Shown here piece by piece: positions 23,555 through 31,823 of a stretch of 39,422 bases of DNA. This stretch comes from Candidatus Limnocylindria bacterium. GTDB taxonomy: Bacteria > Chloroflexota > Limnocylindria > P2-11E. The stretch spans positions 1-39,422 of the forward strand of contig DASWCR010000228.1 in NCBI GenBank assembly GCA_036389995.1, in the 5' to 3' direction. The notes beneath the pieces were generated by a model. It worked only from the letters and a program-made list of their open reading frames with translations, searched no databases and was not told where the DNA came from. Each line of letters opens with the position of its first letter. The first letter of the stretch is position 1. The position numbers and the translations under genes were made by a program.

Positions 23555-24664
23555 TTGGTGACCGCTCCGATCCGTCTCGCGATCCTCGGCGCCACCGGCT
23601 CGATCGGGCGGCAAGCGCTCGACGTCGTGCGCGCGCAACCCGATCGCCTGCGCGTCGTCGCGCTCGGCGCGAACCGCAACGTAGACGAGCTGCGCGAGCT
23701 CGCATCGGAGTTTCCGACCGCGCGGACGGCGCTCGGCCCCAATGCCCTCGTCGCTCTCGCCACTGACCCCGACGCGGATCTGGTCCTCGTCGCGACACCA
23801 GGCGTCGCGGCCCTCCAAGCGACGATCGCCGCGCTCGAGGACCACAAGTGCGTCGCGCTCGCGAACAAGGAAGTGCTCGTGGCTGCGGGTCACCTCATCC
23901 GTCGCCTGGCGGGCGGGGCGGGCGACCGCCTCCGACCGGTCGATAGCGAGCACAACGGGCTCTGGCAGTGCCTGGTCGGCGAGGATCTCTCGAAAGTCCG
24001 TCGCGTTGCCCTCACCGCGTCCGGCGGTGCGTTCCGCGACGTTCCGTTCGAGGCGCTCGCGGGCGTGACGCCGCAGCACGCGCTCCGTCATCCGACGTGG
24101 AAGATGGGGCCGAAGGTCACGATCGACTCGGCCACGCTCGTGAACAAGGGTTACGAGGTCGTCGAGACGCGCTGGCTTTACGGTCTCGAGTACGAGCGGA
24201 TCGACGTCGTCTACCACCCCGAGAGCGTCGTGCACGCGCTCGTCGAGTACGTCGACGGCAGCGTGAAGGCCCAGCTCGCCGAACCGGACATGCGCCTCCC
24301 GATCCAGTACGCGCTCCTCTGGGATCGCGCGCCTTCGCCCGCGCCGCGGTTCGACTGGAAGGCCGACCGCACGCTCCATTTCGGCGAGATCGACGCCCGG
24401 CGCTATCCGTGCTTCGCAGTCGTTCTCGAGACGGCGCGTTCAGGCGATCTCGGCGCGATGATCGGCCTGTCGGCCGCCGACGAGCTGGCTGTTGAACGGT
24501 TCCTGCGTGGAGACATCCCGTTCACCGACATCGCCTCCCTTCTGCGCCGCGGCGCGGAGCTCGGGGCCAGCGCGAAACAGTCACGCGAGCCCGAGCTCGA
24601 CGAGATCGTCGCGATCGACGCTTCGGTGCGCGCCTCGCTCGCCAATTCGGCGGTGGTCGTCTGA
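23555..24664 (+). CDS. dxr: 1-deoxy-D-xylulose 5-phosphate reductoisomerase
   Basis: 369 aa. LAILGATGSIGRQALDVV, LANKEVLV, PVDSEHNGLWQCL, LTASGGAFRD, HPTWKMGPKVTIDSATLVNKGYEV. Confidence 0.95.
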   Translation: MVTAPIRLAILGATGSIGRQALDVVRAQPDRLRVVALGANRNVDELRELASEFPTARTALGPNALVALATDPDADLVLVATPGVAALQATIAALEDHKCVALANKEVLVAAGHLIRRLAGGAGDRLRPVDSEHNGLWQCLVGEDLSKVRRVALTASGGAFRDVPFEALAGVTPQHALRHPTWKMGPKVTIDSATLVNKGYEVVETRWLYGLEYERIDVVYHPESVVHALVEYVDGSVKAQLAEPDMRLPIQYALLWDRAPSPAPRFDWKADRTLHFGEIDARRYPCFAVVLETARSGDLGAMIGLSAADELAVERFLRGDIPFTDIASLLRRGAELGASAKQSREPELDEIVAIDASVRASLANSAVVV

Positions 24665-25761
24665 TGGGCGGGCTCATCCAGTTCTTCGTGCAGAATCCAC
24701 TCGCGATCCCGCTCTTCCTCGTGATGTTCACGTTGATCATCGCGGTGCACGAGTTCGGTCACTACATCACTGCGCGATTGCTCGGCATGCGCGTGCTCGA
24801 GTTCGCATTCGGCTTCCCGCCGCGCATCCTGGCGATCCGCCGCGGGGGGATCGACTACAGCGTCAACGCGATCCCGTTCGGGGGCTTCGTGCGGATCCTC
24901 GGACAGGACGACTTCTCCATCGAGCAGCACGGCGCCGGCGACCCCGGGTCGTTCACTTCGAAGCCGTGGTGGGCGCAGGCCATCGTCCTCGCTGCCGGAG
25001 TGGCGATGAACTTCGTGCTCGCGATCGTCGTGCTGACAGCGGCGTTCATGATCGGCACGGAAGGGCCGACCGGCGTCGTGCGCGTCGAAGAGGTCGCGGC
25101 GGGGTCACCGGCCGAGGTGGCCGGGATCGAACCGGGCGATGTCGTGCGGACGATCGACGGCAAGGAGATAACGCGGACCAGCGATCTGCAGTCCTACGTC
25201 TATAGCCACGCCGGCAAGGAGGTCACGATCGCCCTCGATCGCGGCGGGCAGACGGTCGGGCCGCTGACGATAGTGCCGCGGGCGACGCCTCCCGAGAACG
25301 AGGGCCCGCTTGGCGTGAAGCTGGCGGAAGTCGCGAGCCTACCGACGGCGCTCTCGCCTCCGCAGGCGTTCGTCCAGGCCGTTCGGCTCACGGGCGACGT
25401 GGTGACACAGATCGCGGAGCTTCCCGGCCAGCTGCTTTCGCGGCCCACGAATCAGCCCGGCCCGCCGCCCGTTGGTGGTCCTATCCAAATCTTCCTCGTC
25501 ACGGCGGCGGTCTCGCAGCTCGGTGTGGCCGCGTTTCTCAAGCTCATCGGGATCATCTCGGTGAACCTCGGGGTGCTCAACATCATCCCGTTCCCGGGGC
25601 TCGACGGCGGACGTCTCTTCTTCGTGCTGCTCTCCGCGGCGCTTCGGCGAAGGCTCTCGCCGCAGGTCGAGGCCGCGATCCACGCGGTCGGGTTCGTCCT
25701 GCTCCTCGGTCTGCTCGTCGTCGTCAGCGTCGCCGATATTCGTCGCGCCGCCGGAGGCTAG
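24664..25761 (+). CDS. rseP: RIP metalloprotease (site-2 protease, M50 family) with PDZ domain
   Basis: 365 aa. HEFGHYITARLLGM (HExxH) in TM1, a PDZ-like block GSPAEVAGIEPGDVVRTIDGKEI, and NLGVLNIIPFPGLDGGRLFF (LDG motif). Confidence 0.9.
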   Translation: MGGLIQFFVQNPLAIPLFLVMFTLIIAVHEFGHYITARLLGMRVLEFAFGFPPRILAIRRGGIDYSVNAIPFGGFVRILGQDDFSIEQHGAGDPGSFTSKPWWAQAIVLAAGVAMNFVLAIVVLTAAFMIGTEGPTGVVRVEEVAAGSPAEVAGIEPGDVVRTIDGKEITRTSDLQSYVYSHAGKEVTIALDRGGQTVGPLTIVPRATPPENEGPLGVKLAEVASLPTALSPPQAFVQAVRLTGDVVTQIAELPGQLLSRPTNQPGPPPVGGPIQIFLVTAAVSQLGVAAFLKLIGIISVNLGVLNIIPFPGLDGGRLFFVLLSAALRRRLSPQVEAAIHAVGFVLLLGLLVVVSVADIRRAAGG

Positions 25762-26180
25762 CCCCCGAGCCGCTGGGCGAACATCCAGCGATGGCCTTCC
25801 AGGTCCTCGACGCGGTACTGGCGTTGCCGCTCGTTCGACTCGGGCTCGCTCAGGATCTTCGCGCCGCCACGCTTCGCGCGCCCGAAATGCGTATCGACGT
25901 CGTCGATGTACACGACGAGACCGTCGACGATGAACGAGGTCTCGAGCCACTGCCGCGCGAGCGCGCAGGCCTGCGCATGCCGGCGCGGGCCCTGATAGGC
26001 GTCGCTCGGATGACCGACGAGGACCTTCGCTCCGTCGAGCTCGAGAACAACGTCTGTCACCGTGCCGACGCTGTCGTGAAACCGCTCCGTCTCTCGGAAG
26101 CCGAAGACCTTGCTGATCCATTCGGCCGCGAGACCCGCATCCTCATACGCGAGCATCGGGATGACGCGCTGCTCAGCCAT
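25758..26180 (-). CDS. VOC (glyoxalase/bleomycin-resistance/PhnB-like) family protein
   Basis: 140 aa. IPMLAYEDAGLAAEWISKVFGF ... YRVEDLEGHRWMFAQ has the typical VOC beta-alpha-beta-beta-beta ends. Convergent with rseP, with a 4-nt overlap. Confidence 0.75.
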   Translation of the reverse strand: MAEQRVIPMLAYEDAGLAAEWISKVFGFRETERFHDSVGTVTDVVLELDGAKVLVGHPSDAYQGPRRHAQACALARQWLETSFIVDGLVVYIDDVDTHFGRAKRGGAKILSEPESNERQRQYRVEDLEGHRWMFAQRLGG

Positions 26181-26250
26181 AGTCGGCCTCCTTCTCTTCG
26201 CAACAAATGATGCACTCGCGTGCGTCCGATAACGCCGTCATCATGCCCGA

Positions 26251-27258
26251 ATGACCGAGACGGTCGTCGACGTCCGCGACCTGCGCAAGACGTTCCGCGT
26301 CACGGAGCGCGAGGAGGGCCTCGCCGCGACGCTGCGCTCATTTGTGAAACGCCACCGCAAAGATGTGGACGCGGTCGCGGGCATCACGTTCCGCATCGAC
26401 CGAGGCGAGGTCGTCGGTTTTCTCGGACCGAACGGGGCGGGAAAGACCACGACGCTCAAGATGCTGTCCGGTCTGCTCCACCCTACGGCGGGCGAGGCGC
26501 GCGTCCTCGAATATGTGCCTTGGCGGCGCGAGAACGCCTATCTAAAGAGCATGACCCTGCTCATGGGCAACCGAACCCAGCTGGTGTGGGACATTCCGGC
26601 CGCCGACAGCTTCCGCGTCCTTCAAGAGATCTACCGCATCCCGGAGGAGCAGTTCCGCGCCACCGTCCACGAGCTCACCGAGCTCCTCGAGCTACAGGAG
26701 CTCGTGCACAAGCCCGTGCGCAACCTCTCGCTCGGGGAACGCATGAAGGTCGAGTTCGCGGCGGGCCTCATCCACTCGCCGAGCGTGGCGTTTCTGGACG
26801 AGCCGACGATCGGGCTCGACATCAGCATGCAGGTGCGCATCCGGAGATTCGTCGCGGAGTACAACCGGCGCACCGGCGCGACGATCCTGCTCACCAGCCA
26901 TTACATGGACGACGTCGTCGCGCTGTGCAAGCGCGTGATCGTGATCCACCGCGGACGGCTGCTCTACGACGGCCCGCTCGCGGATCTCGCTGACCGAATG
27001 GCTCCGTACAAGGTGATCACGGCGACGCTCCACGACGGGGCCGCGCCGTCGACTGACCTCGACGCGTACGGCACCGTCGTCTCGCGCGATGAGGGCCGCG
27101 TCACCCTGCGCGTGGATCGCCAGGTGGCTCCTGAGCGCACCGCGAGGCTCGTGAACGACCTCGGCAGCCGCCTGGCGGACATCTCGGTCGAGGATCCGCC
27201 GATAGAGGAGGTCATCGATCGCGTCTTCACGACGGAGCAAACGATGGTTAGCGCGTGA
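26251..27258 (+). CDS. ABC transporter ATP-binding protein (ABC-2 exporter type)
   Basis: 335 aa. GFLGPNGAGKTTTLKML (Walker A), LSLGERMKVEFAAGL (signature), VAFLDEPTIGLD (Walker B). Confidence 0.9.
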   Translation: MTETVVDVRDLRKTFRVTEREEGLAATLRSFVKRHRKDVDAVAGITFRIDRGEVVGFLGPNGAGKTTTLKMLSGLLHPTAGEARVLEYVPWRRENAYLKSMTLLMGNRTQLVWDIPAADSFRVLQEIYRIPEEQFRATVHELTELLELQELVHKPVRNLSLGERMKVEFAAGLIHSPSVAFLDEPTIGLDISMQVRIRRFVAEYNRRTGATILLTSHYMDDVVALCKRVIVIHRGRLLYDGPLADLADRMAPYKVITATLHDGAAPSTDLDAYGTVVSRDEGRVTLRVDRQVAPERTARLVNDLGSRLADISVEDPPIEEVIDRVFTTEQTMVSA

Positions 27259-28049
27259 TCCGCACGTACCGCGCGCTCCTCGTCGCGCAGATCCAGGCGG
27301 CCTCCGCGTATCGCGTGCAGTCGATCCTCTGGATGCTGTTCTCGGTCATACGCCCGGTGATCTTCCTCGCGGCGTGGGTCGCGGTCGCGAACTCGCAGGG
27401 CGGCCAGATCGGCGCATACGACGTCCGCGACTTCGCCGCGTACTACATCTGTCTCTCGCTCGTGAGCAATCTGACGATGAGCTGGAACGCGTACGACTTC
27501 GAGTTCGAGGTGCGGATGGGCCGGCTGTCGCCGAAGCTGTTGCGGCCTCTGCATCCGATCCACTACTCGGTCGTCGAGAACATCGTGTGGAAGCTCACCA
27601 CGATCATCCCGCTCGGGATCATCCTCGTGTTCATCTCGCTCACCTTCGACGCTCGATTCCGCACGACCCCCGCGCACCTGCTCCTGTTCATACCGAGCGT
27701 GCTGCTCGCGGCCGCGCTCGCGTTCTTCTCGGGATGGGTCCTTGCGACCCTCGCCTTCTGGACCACGCGGGTGCACGCCGTTTCGACGTTCTGGGATCGC
27801 GCCGCGTTCATCTTCGCCGGGCAGATCGCGCCGCTCGCGCTCCTTCCCGGACCGTTGCAGACGATCTCGCTCGCCCTGCCATTCGGATACATCCTCGGCG
27901 TACCCGCGGAGATCCTTCGCGGCGGGGTGAGTGTGCCCACCGCCCTCGAGCTCATGGCCGGTCAGGCGATCTGGCTCGTGATCTTCTACTTCGCGTTCTT
28001 CCGCGTGTGGCGCGTCGGGGTCCGGCAGTACAGCGCGGTCGGCGCCTGA
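27255..28049 (+). CDS. ABC-2 family transporter permease
   Basis: 264 aa, six predicted hydrophobic segments. GTGA overlap with the ATPase gene. Confidence 0.75.
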   Translation: MIRTYRALLVAQIQAASAYRVQSILWMLFSVIRPVIFLAAWVAVANSQGGQIGAYDVRDFAAYYICLSLVSNLTMSWNAYDFEFEVRMGRLSPKLLRPLHPIHYSVVENIVWKLTTIIPLGIILVFISLTFDARFRTTPAHLLLFIPSVLLAAALAFFSGWVLATLAFWTTRVHAVSTFWDRAAFIFAGQIAPLALLPGPLQTISLALPFGYILGVPAEILRGGVSVPTALELMAGQAIWLVIFYFAFFRVWRVGVRQYSAVGA

Positions 28050-28834
28050 TGGTCCGCTACCTCCGCTTGCTGCGGCTGTTCTTCCGGACCGAGCTTCAGT
28101 ACGAGCTCGAATACCGGCTCAACCTGCTTCTGGAGATCGTGCAGACGATCGTCGTCACCGCCACGAGCGTTGGCGCGATCCTCGTGCTCTTCAGCTACAC
28201 GACGGTGCTGAACGGATGGGACCTCGGCGCCATGCTCGTGCTTCTCGGATGCTTCTACCTCGTGCAGGGGTTCGGCGAGCTCGTTCTGCAGCCGAGCTTC
28301 GAGAAGTTCATGGAGCACGTACGCCTCGGCACGCTCGACTTCGCGCTCCTCAAGCCGGTGTCGGCGCAGTTCCTGGTCACGCTCCGCAACTTCCAGGTCG
28401 TGCAGCTCGCGCAGATGGCGCTCGGGGCGATCGTCGTCACGGTCGGCCTCTCGCGGATCCCGAGCATCGGCCTCGCCGAAGCGATCGGATTCCCGATCGC
28501 GCTCGTGTGCGGGTTTGGGCTCATCTACGCGCTCCTGCTCGCGCTCTCGACGTTCGCGTTCTGGTTCGTCCGGGTCGATAACCTCATGGCCCTGTACTGG
28601 TCGTTCATGGACGCGGGCCGGTTTCCGGTGGACGTGTATCCCGGGTGGCTGCGCGTGACGCTATCTAGCGCGGTGCCGATCGGGGTCGCGGTGACGGTGC
28701 CCGCGCAGGTGATCGCCGGACGCCTCGATCCCCTCGGCCTTGGGCTGCTCATCCTCGGGACTGTTGCCGCGTTCGTGCTCGCGTCGTGGTTTTGGCGGCT
28801 CGGTCTGCGGTCGCACACGGGTGCGAGCGCGTGA
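28049..28834 (+). CDS. ABC-2 family transporter permease (second subunit)
   Basis: The real product is the 3' half of track ORF 27374..28834, starting at ATG 28049 (TGATG overlap): MVRYLRLLRLFFRTELQYELEYRLNLLLEIV.... Polytopic. Confidence 0.75.
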   Translation: MVRYLRLLRLFFRTELQYELEYRLNLLLEIVQTIVVTATSVGAILVLFSYTTVLNGWDLGAMLVLLGCFYLVQGFGELVLQPSFEKFMEHVRLGTLDFALLKPVSAQFLVTLRNFQVVQLAQMALGAIVVTVGLSRIPSIGLAEAIGFPIALVCGFGLIYALLLALSTFAFWFVRVDNLMALYWSFMDAGRFPVDVYPGWLRVTLSSAVPIGVAVTVPAQVIAGRLDPLGLGLLILGTVAAFVLASWFWRLGLRSHTGASA

Positions 28835-28844
28835 GCGACGAGAA

Positions 28845-28863
28845 GCCGCCGTTCTACGGCGGC
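28845..28863 (+). terminator. hairpin GCCGCCG-ttcta-CGGCGGC after the ABC-2 operon
   Basis: 7-bp perfect stem starting 11 nt after the stop. No clear U-tract. Confidence 0.4.
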
Positions 28864-28886
28864 GCGGTCTCGCTAGGGCTCTCTCT

Positions 28887-28900
28887 GCTACAGTTGTAGC
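28887..28900. promoter_or_regulatory. inverted repeat GCTACA-gt-TGTAGC abutting the antitoxin start (candidate autoregulatory operator)
   Basis: 6-bp perfect arms ending 1 nt before ATG 28902. TA antitoxins commonly bind such palindromes. No Shine-Dalgarno is visible in this position. Confidence 0.35.
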
Positions 28901-28901
28901 A

Positions 28902-29204
28902 ATGGCAAGAGTGCTGAAGCCAAGAACACGCGCGCCCGGTGCTCAGGCACGCGAGATACCGCAGCGTGAACTCAGGAATGACATTAGTAAGGTCTTGGCG
29001 GCGGTCGAGCGTGGACAGCGTTTCCGCGTGACCGTCCGCGGTAGGCCTGTCGCGGACATTGTTCCCGTCGCGGGCCGTCGCACGTCGGTGCCATGGGCCG
29101 AGGTGATCGAGATGATCCGTCGTGCCCCACTCGACAAGAGGTTCATGGCCGACGTTGATGGTGCCGTGGACAACAGGCTCCGGGATCCCTGGAAGCGCTC
29201 CTAG
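28902..29204 (+). CDS. type II antitoxin, Phd/YefM (prevent-host-death) family
   Basis: 100 aa. IPQRELRNDISKVLAAVERGQRFRVTVRGRPVADIVP is the typical Phd/YefM N-terminal fold sequence. Immediately upstream of, and overlapping, a PIN toxin gene. Confidence 0.8.
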   Translation: MARVLKPRTRAPGAQAREIPQRELRNDISKVLAAVERGQRFRVTVRGRPVADIVPVAGRRTSVPWAEVIEMIRRAPLDKRFMADVDGAVDNRLRDPWKRS

Positions 29205-29569
29205 ACACGTCATTTCTCGTCGGACCCGACCCGGTCGGGCTCGCCCGTCCTCCGGTCGACGCCGGCATCTCAGTTGTGACCCTGGCGGAGATCGGTCTTG
29301 GAGTGCTCATAGCGAAACGGCTCGAAGATCGTGCTGCACGCCTGGCGGTTCTTGCCGAGATAGAGCGCCGCTTTGAACCGCTTCCAGTCGATCTCGCTGT
29401 GGCGCGGGCGTACGCCGAGATCGTCGCAGCGGCGCGGCGCCGCGGAGCCAGGCCGAGACCCTTTGACGGCCTAATCGCGGCGACGGCTGTCGTGCACGGA
29501 GTTCCGGTCTACACGCGGGACAGGGACTTCCTGCGGCTACCTGGCGTGAGGGTCGAGTTGATCGGATAG
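29189..29569 (+). CDS. vapC: type II toxin VapC (PIN-domain ribonuclease); start codon uncertain or non-canonical
   Basis: The track calls only 29276..29569, but the frame is open from 29159 and encodes (L)EALLDTSFLVGPDP... The first PIN acidic residue lies in LLDTS at 29204-29206, followed by TLAEIGLGV, FDGLIAATA and YTRDRDF. There is no ATG/GTG/TTG in frame between 29159 and 29275, so CTG 29189 is given as a provisional start. Confidence 0.65.
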   Translation: MEALLDTSFLVGPDPVGLARPPVDAGISVVTLAEIGLGVLIAKRLEDRAARLAVLAEIERRFEPLPVDLAVARAYAEIVAAARRRGARPRPFDGLIAATAVVHGVPVYTRDRDFLRLPGVRVELIG

Positions 29570-29607
29570 CCGTCTTGTGGCCAACGCGCACTCTTACACT
29601 TCTCCTA

Positions 29608-30807
29608 ATGAGCAGCATGAACGTTGATCTGAACCTTCCCGAAGACCGCGCCTCGCCCCGCCCGCGCCGCAAGTCCAAGCGCGTCTGGGTCGGCGGCACC
29701 GCGATCGGGGACGACGCTCCCGTTGCGGTCCAATCGATGTGCACGACGCTCACGCACGACGTCGACGCGACGATCCGCCAGATCGAGCTCCTGCAGGAGG
29801 CCGGCTGCGAGATCGCGCGCGTCGCCGTACCCGATAAGCGTGGGGGCGAGGCCCTCAAGGAAATCGTCCGCCGCTCGATCCTGCCGATCGTCGCCGACAT
29901 CCACTTCGACTACCGGCTCGCGCTCATGGCGCTTGACGCGAAGGTCCACAAGCTGCGCCTCAACCCCGGGAACATCCACAACAAGGACGGAGTGCGCGAG
30001 GTCGTCAAGCGCGCGAAGGAGCAGGGGACGCCGATCCGCATCGGCGTGAACCACGGCTCGATCGGCGATCGCCAGCCCGACGACATCCGCGACGAATCGC
30101 AGCGCATGGTCGACCTCGCGCTCAGCGAGATTCGTATCCTCGAGGACCTCGACTTCGACGACATCGTCGTCTCGGTCAAAGCGTTCGAGGTACCGGTGAT
30201 GATCGCCGCGTACCGGCGTCTCGCGAAGGCCGTCCCGTACCCGCTGCACCTCGGGGTCACCGAGGCGGGCACCGCGCTCTCCGGGTCGATCCGCTCCGCG
30301 GCGGGGATGAGCGTCCTCCTATACGAGGGGATCGGCGACACCATCCGCGTGTCGCTCAGCGAGGACCCGGTCGTCGAGGTCAAGGCGGGCTTCGACCTCT
30401 TGAAATCGCTCGGGCTTCGCGACCAGGGATTGACGCTCGTCGCGTGCCCGTCGTGCGGTCGCGCGGACATCGACCTCATCCCGCTCGCGAAGGTCGCGGA
30501 GGAGCGCCTGCGCGCGCTGCCGGTGCCGATGAAGGTCGCGGTGATGGGCTGCGAAGTGAACGGTCCAGGCGAGGCGAAGGACGCCGACGTCGGCATCGCC
30601 GGCGGCGTGGGAAAGGGCGCGATCTTCCGCAAGGGGAAGATCGTCGGCACATTTCCCGAGGACAAGCTCATGGATGGCCTGCTTGCGGAGATCGACAAGA
30701 TCCTCATCGAGAACGGCAAAGAGCCCTACTCCCAGAAGGCGCCGAAGCTCTCGCACGAAGGACAGCTCACTCCCGGGCGCAGTGTCCCAGCAGGACAGCG
30801 CACCTAA
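29608..30807 (+). CDS. ispG: 4-hydroxy-3-methylbut-2-en-1-yl diphosphate synthase
   Basis: Start at ATG 29608 (MSSMNVDL...). VAVQSMCTT, IARVAVPD, PIVADIHFDYRLAL, LRLNPGNI, RIGVNHGS, CPSCGR ... GCEVNGPGE (Fe-S ligands). Confidence 0.95.
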   Translation: MSSMNVDLNLPEDRASPRPRRKSKRVWVGGTAIGDDAPVAVQSMCTTLTHDVDATIRQIELLQEAGCEIARVAVPDKRGGEALKEIVRRSILPIVADIHFDYRLALMALDAKVHKLRLNPGNIHNKDGVREVVKRAKEQGTPIRIGVNHGSIGDRQPDDIRDESQRMVDLALSEIRILEDLDFDDIVVSVKAFEVPVMIAAYRRLAKAVPYPLHLGVTEAGTALSGSIRSAAGMSVLLYEGIGDTIRVSLSEDPVVEVKAGFDLLKSLGLRDQGLTLVACPSCGRADIDLIPLAKVAEERLRALPVPMKVAVMGCEVNGPGEAKDADVGIAGGVGKGAIFRKGKIVGTFPEDKLMDGLLAEIDKILIENGKEPYSQKAPKLSHEGQLTPGRSVPAGQRT

Positions 30808-31540
30808 GGAGGACGACGTTCAACCCGGCGTCGTCTCGGTGGGACGCGCCGGGCTCGCGAACGTCGACTTTCGGAAGGCGCGCTTCGACAAATTCCAGCT
30901 CGCCGTCGGCAACTTCGTCGCGTGCGACTTCCGCGGCTTGCGTCTCGACGAGAAGTTCGCTCCGTTCTTCGTAACTCGGCCGCGCAGCACTTTCGTGTCC
31001 TGCAAGTTCGACGGAGCGGATCTCCGTCAGGTCACGGCCGAGGGCACGCGCTTCGAGAAATGTTCGTTCGACGATGCGCGGCTCGACGGCTGGACCCCGG
31101 CGCGGGCTGAGTTCGTCGACTGCCGCTTCGCCGGCAAGGTCGTGAGCGTCACCTTCAGCGGCCGGCCCGCAGGTCCCGGCTCAACCCGGATCGACCCGGT
31201 CCGGTCGAAGAACGACTTCCGCGGAAACGACTTCCGCGATGCCCAGCTCATCGATACGGTCTTCGTGTTCGGAATCGATCTCGGCCAGCAGCGCTGGCCA
31301 GAGGGACACGACTACGTGCGGCTCGACAAGTTCCATCGCAGGCTCGAAGCGGCGCGGGCCGACATCCTCGGGTGGGAGGCCGGCGAGATGCGTACCGCCG
31401 GCCTCGCCATGCTCCAGTCGCTCGCGCAACGCTGGCAGGATCAGCGCGAGATCATCGGAATGCGCGTCAGTCCCGCCGTAAAGGCCGCGCCTCGCGTGCA
31501 GATCCGCGTCTGGGACGCGCTCGAGCACGCGAAGATCTGA
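30782..31540 (+). CDS. pentapeptide-repeat-like protein (start uncertain: GTG 30782 or GTG 30839)
   Basis: The N-terminal half shows irregular A(D/N)LXX-type repeats (ANVDFRKARFDKFQL, CDFRGLRLDE, CKFDGADLRQVTAEGTRFEKCSFDDARLDGW, AEFVDCRFAG, NDFRGNDFRDAQLIDTVF). The track start 30674 lies inside ispG. Confidence 0.55.
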   Translation: MSQQDSAPKEDDVQPGVVSVGRAGLANVDFRKARFDKFQLAVGNFVACDFRGLRLDEKFAPFFVTRPRSTFVSCKFDGADLRQVTAEGTRFEKCSFDDARLDGWTPARAEFVDCRFAGKVVSVTFSGRPAGPGSTRIDPVRSKNDFRGNDFRDAQLIDTVFVFGIDLGQQRWPEGHDYVRLDKFHRRLEAARADILGWEAGEMRTAGLAMLQSLAQRWQDQREIIGMRVSPAVKAAPRVQIRVWDALEHAKI

Positions 31541-31546
31541 GGGCGC

Positions 31547-31774
31547 TCAGCTCGGGAGCTTCAGCTCCATTCCGGGCTGGATCAGGTCGGGGTTATCGCC
31601 GATGACGTCCTTGTTCAGGTCGTAGATCTCGCGCCAGCGATTCGCGTCACCCAGCTCCTGCTTCGCGATCGCGGAGAGGTTGTCGCCGCTATCGACCGTG
31701 TACGTCTTTGGCTTGGTCTCCGTCGCGCCCGGGTCCTTGGGGTACTCGCGATGGCTCTCGTTACTCTCTGGCAT
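31547..31774 (-). CDS. small LysM-domain protein (75 aa, no signal peptide)
   Basis: Start moved to the ATG at complement 31772-31774 (AGGAGG RBS). YTVDSGDNLSAIAKQELGDANRWREIYDLNKDVIGDNPDLIQPGMELKLP is a canonical LysM. Confidence 0.75.
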   Translation of the reverse strand: MPESNESHREYPKDPGATETKPKTYTVDSGDNLSAIAKQELGDANRWREIYDLNKDVIGDNPDLIQPGMELKLPS

Positions 31775-31823
31775 TGTTGGCCTCCTGTTTTGAATCAAGT
31801 AACAGCAGGCCGGGTGCCAAGCC

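Noticed and set aside
27374-28048. 5' half of the 486-aa track ORF 27374..28834
   Set aside because: It is out of frame with, and entirely inside, the first ABC-2 permease gene. Only the part from ATG 28049 (TGATG coupling) looks like a membrane protein.
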